Translations under genes and position numbers: made by a program | Notes under the pieces: generated by a model | Told to the model about the DNA's origin: nothing | Database searches by the model: none | What the model saw: only the letters and a program-made list of their open reading frames with translations | Sequence record: SRR22947725_808 | Reading direction: 5' to 3' (one strand) | DNA length: 32,092 bases | Part shown: positions 30,190-32,092 of the stretch, piece after piece | How the letters are laid out: each line of letters opens with the position of its first letter | How positions within the stretch are numbered: position 1 is the first letter of the stretch

Positions 30190-30282
30190 ACTATTTTTAT
30201 ATATAAGACATAGACAAACGTCTATTAAATATTATGAATTTATAGATGGAATGATAGACCTAAAAGGACGTTTTAAATAAAT

Positions 30283-30290
30283 CAAAACTA
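30283..30290 (-). promoter_or_regulatory. Candidate -7 box (TAGTTTTG) for the MFS-pgmB-GH65-GH13 operon
   Basis: CAAAACTA on + strand. A weaker alternative, TATATTAG, lies at 30328-30335. Confidence 0.45.
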
Positions 30291-30369
30291 TAAATTAATT
30301 GAGAAGTAGATTTGTAATTTTGTGATGCTAATATATTGTTTTTTTAAAATTATGACTATAATTAATTAA

Positions 30370-30399
30370 AAAATCTACTATAACGTTATAGTAGATTTT
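30370..30399. promoter_or_regulatory. Perfect 30-bp palindrome containing LacI-type operator O1; probable lacI terminator
   Basis: AAAATCTACTATAACGTTATAGTAGATTTT. Its core CTATAACGTTATAG is identical to two sites upstream of susC. It starts 10 bp after the lacI stop and ends in a T6 run on the minus strand. Confidence 0.85.
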
Positions 30400-30408
30400 A
30401 TAGTTAAA

Positions 30409-31443
30409 TTATGAGGATTCTCTCTTGATTAATGAGCAATTAATGATTTCTGTTTTGTGTTCGTTACTGTTAGTTTTTCCTGTTAATTTATTTATTAAAA
30501 GTTTAGCAGCTCTTTCTCCTATTATTTCTCCATGCTGACTAATTGTGGACAGAGAAGGAGAGGAATATCTTGAAATTACTCCATCAGTAAATGATATAAT
30601 TGCAATTTGATTGGGAACTTTAATCTTAATCTTTTTAAGAACTTTTAATGCCGAACCTGCATAAATTTCATTTACCCCCAATATCGCATCTACTTTCTTT
30701 AGTTTAAGAATCTTTTCTAATTCATTTTCTAAAAAAGACATTTCTAGTTGACTTCCTTTTTTGTCTTTAACTTTAATAATTAAATCACTATCAGGAAAAA
30801 TATCATTATCTTTTAATGCTTCTAAATATCCTTCTGTTCTAAGGTTCCCAACACTTACATAGTCCTCAGATGTTATAAGGAGAATATTATTTCTTTTATC
30901 ATCAATTAGTGCTTGAGTTGCTTCTTTTGCAGCCTGCTTGTCATTTACAACAACTTTATCACATTTTACGTCATTAATAACCCTATCAAATAATACAACT
31001 GGAATTCCTAAATCAATAGTTTCTTTAATATGGTGAAAATCTTGTTTTTTTAATGTTTCCTTAGCAATTGACATTATGATACCATCAATATGTCCATTGG
31101 CAAGAGTTTCCATATTTAAGACTTCTTTTTCAAAAGATTCATTCGAAACAGCAATAATAACATTATACCCATTTTCAGTTGAAAATTTTTCAATACTATT
31201 AATTATAATTGAAAAAAAATGGTGAACAATTTCAGGAATTATAACACCAATTGTTTTGGTTTTTCTGTTTTTTAAACTTAAAGCAATGTTATTAGGTCTA
31301 TAATTGTGTGCCTTTGCAAAAGCCTTAATTTTTTGTCTTGTTTCAACACCTATTTCGTGACTATCTTTTAACGATTTAGAGACCGTTGAAATAGAAACAT
31401 TTAGTTCGTTTGCAATTTCTTTAAGAGTTATACGTCTTATCAT
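30409..31443 (-). CDS. LacI-family transcriptional regulator (MalR-like)
   Basis: ITLKEIA..LNVSISTVSKSL HTH, YRPN..A.SL hinge, PVVLFDR, VP.QIAIISF.D, P.LSTI.Q, LIKRES. Confidence 0.96.
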   Translation of the reverse strand: MIRRITLKEIANELNVSISTVSKSLKDSHEIGVETRQKIKAFAKAHNYRPNNIALSLKNRKTKTIGVIIPEIVHHFFSIIINSIEKFSTENGYNVIIAVSNESFEKEVLNMETLANGHIDGIIMSIAKETLKKQDFHHIKETIDLGIPVVLFDRVINDVKCDKVVVNDKQAAKEATQALIDDKRNNILLITSEDYVSVGNLRTEGYLEALKDNDIFPDSDLIIKVKDKKGSQLEMSFLENELEKILKLKKVDAILGVNEIYAGSALKVLKKIKIKVPNQIAIISFTDGVISRYSSPSLSTISQHGEIIGERAAKLLINKLTGKTNSNEHKTEIINCSLIKRESS

Positions 31444-31479
31444 TTTGATAAAATTAAAAACTAAATATTAAATTATATT

Positions 31480-31487
31480 CAAAGATA
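31480..31487 (-). promoter_or_regulatory. -7 box (TATCTTTG) for lacI
   Basis: CAAAGATA on + strand, 36 bp upstream of ATG 31443. Confidence 0.55.
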
Positions 31488-31530
31488 ATCAGTATATTTT
31501 GTTTAATTGATAAAAAATAAAGTTATTAAC

Positions 31531-31546
31531 ACTATAACGTTATAGT
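31531..31546. promoter_or_regulatory. LacI-type operator O2
   Basis: Perfect 16-bp palindrome ACTATAACGTTATAGT with central CG, in the lacI/susC divergent region. Confidence 0.85.
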
Positions 31547-31553
31547 TCTGTAG

Positions 31554-31567
31554 CTATAACGTTATAG
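31554..31567. promoter_or_regulatory. LacI-type operator O3
   Basis: Perfect 14-bp palindrome CTATAACGTTATAG, centred 22 bp from O2. Confidence 0.85.
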
Positions 31568-31589
31568 TTAATTTATAAGTTAAACTTGC

Positions 31590-31620
31590 TTGGTCATGGT
31601 GATAAATTAATTTAATTTAG
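31590..31620 (+). promoter_or_regulatory. Candidate susC promoter (TTG-N20-TAATTTAG)
   Basis: TTG at 31590-31592 and a one-mismatch -7 box at 31613-31620 with typical Bacteroidota spacing. Confidence 0.45.
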
Positions 31621-31662
31621 TGAATGAGAAGTAGATTTTTTAACCAAATAAAAATCAAAAAT

Positions 31663-32092
31663 ATGATGAAATTTTTAAAACAAATTCAAATTCTTTTTTT
31701 GCTTTTCCTTTCATTAGGGGCTTTTGCACAACAAAGCGTTTCGGGTTTAATTACAGATAGTTCAGGTACTCCTTTACCTGGTGTTAATGTAATTATACAG
31801 GGAACAAATATTGGAGTTTCTAGTGATTTTGACGGTAATTATCAAATCAATGTTGATAATGGTCAAATTTTAGTTTTTTCTTATATCGGATACGATAGTG
31901 TTGAATTAACTGTAAATGGAGCAAATCAAGATGTAAAAATGACAGAATCTGACTCTGAGTTAGACGAGGTCGTAGTGATTGGGTATGGAACAGTTAGAAA
32001 GAAAGATTTAACTGGTGCTGTAGATTTAGTCACTGAAAAGAACTTTGCAAAAGGATCTGTGGTTTCTCCTCAACAACTTATTAGAGGAAAAG
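31663..32092 (+). CDS. susC: SusC/RagA TonB-dependent outer-membrane transporter (3'-truncated; absent from the ORF track)
   Basis: Manual translation: MMKFLKQIQILFLLFLSLGAFA|QQSVSGLITDSSGTPLPGVNVIIQGT...DFDGNY...FSYIGY...LDEVVVIGYGTVRKKDLTGAV...SPQQLIRGK. Alternative in-frame ATGs at 31624 and 31666. Confidence 0.96.
   Translation, partial: MMKFLKQIQILFLLFLSLGAFAQQSVSGLITDSSGTPLPGVNVIIQGTNIGVSSDFDGNYQINVDNGQILVFSYIGYDSVELTVNGANQDVKMTESDSELDEVVVIGYGTVRKKDLTGAVDLVTEKNFAKGSVVSPQQLIRGK

Noticed and set aside
30370..31567. Repeated palindrome with a TCTAC...GTAGA stem, reminiscent of a Cas12a CRISPR repeat or mini-array
   Set aside because: Only one copy has the TCTAC arms. The others are 14-16 bp and 22 bp apart with no spacer-length gap, and there are no cas genes. 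A CG-centred LacI operator next to a LacI gene explains them.
1..32092. tRNA/rRNA, IS elements, prophage or genomic island
   Set aside because: No GC-rich structured spacer, transposase/integrase or obvious compositional shift. Nearly all bases are accounted for by CDSs.

Overview
Very AT-rich, densely packed chromosomal segment from a Bacteroidota bacterium, most likely a streamlined marine Flavobacteriaceae member. This rests on the susC gene, TAnnTTTG -7 promoter boxes, absence of obvious Shine-Dalgarno sites, and signal peptides followed by Gln. It runs from the 3' part of gyrA through a patchwork of envelope, sulfur and accessory genes: TPR, NlpC/P60, MBL-rhodanese, methyltransferase, TMEM164/YwaF, a lipoprotein ADP-ribosylglycohydrolase, an ABC permease-M1 peptidase fusion with its ATPase, a RetSat/CrtI-like oxidoreductase, OsmC, a DLH-family hydrolase and a Gre-like protein. 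A fucose/GalNAc block (GH29, galE, GH109, nucleotidyltransferase) follows, then an alpha-glucan/maltose locus (GH13, GH65, pgmB, MFS, LacI, and the start of susC, which is missing from the ORF track). I see no RNA genes, CRISPR, mobile element or clear pseudogene, and no unambiguous new system. The best leads are (i) the non-coding architecture around the LacI gene, with three identical CTATAACGTTATAG operators, one embedded in a perfect 30-bp palindrome that also looks like the lacI terminator, plus a second shared 14-mer and a structured MFS leader; (ii) the ABC-permease/M1-peptidase fusion; (iii) a possible GalT-independent GalNAc/Gal salvage operon; and (iv) an exported ADP-ribosylglycohydrolase. 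All family calls come from motif recognition, not database searches.
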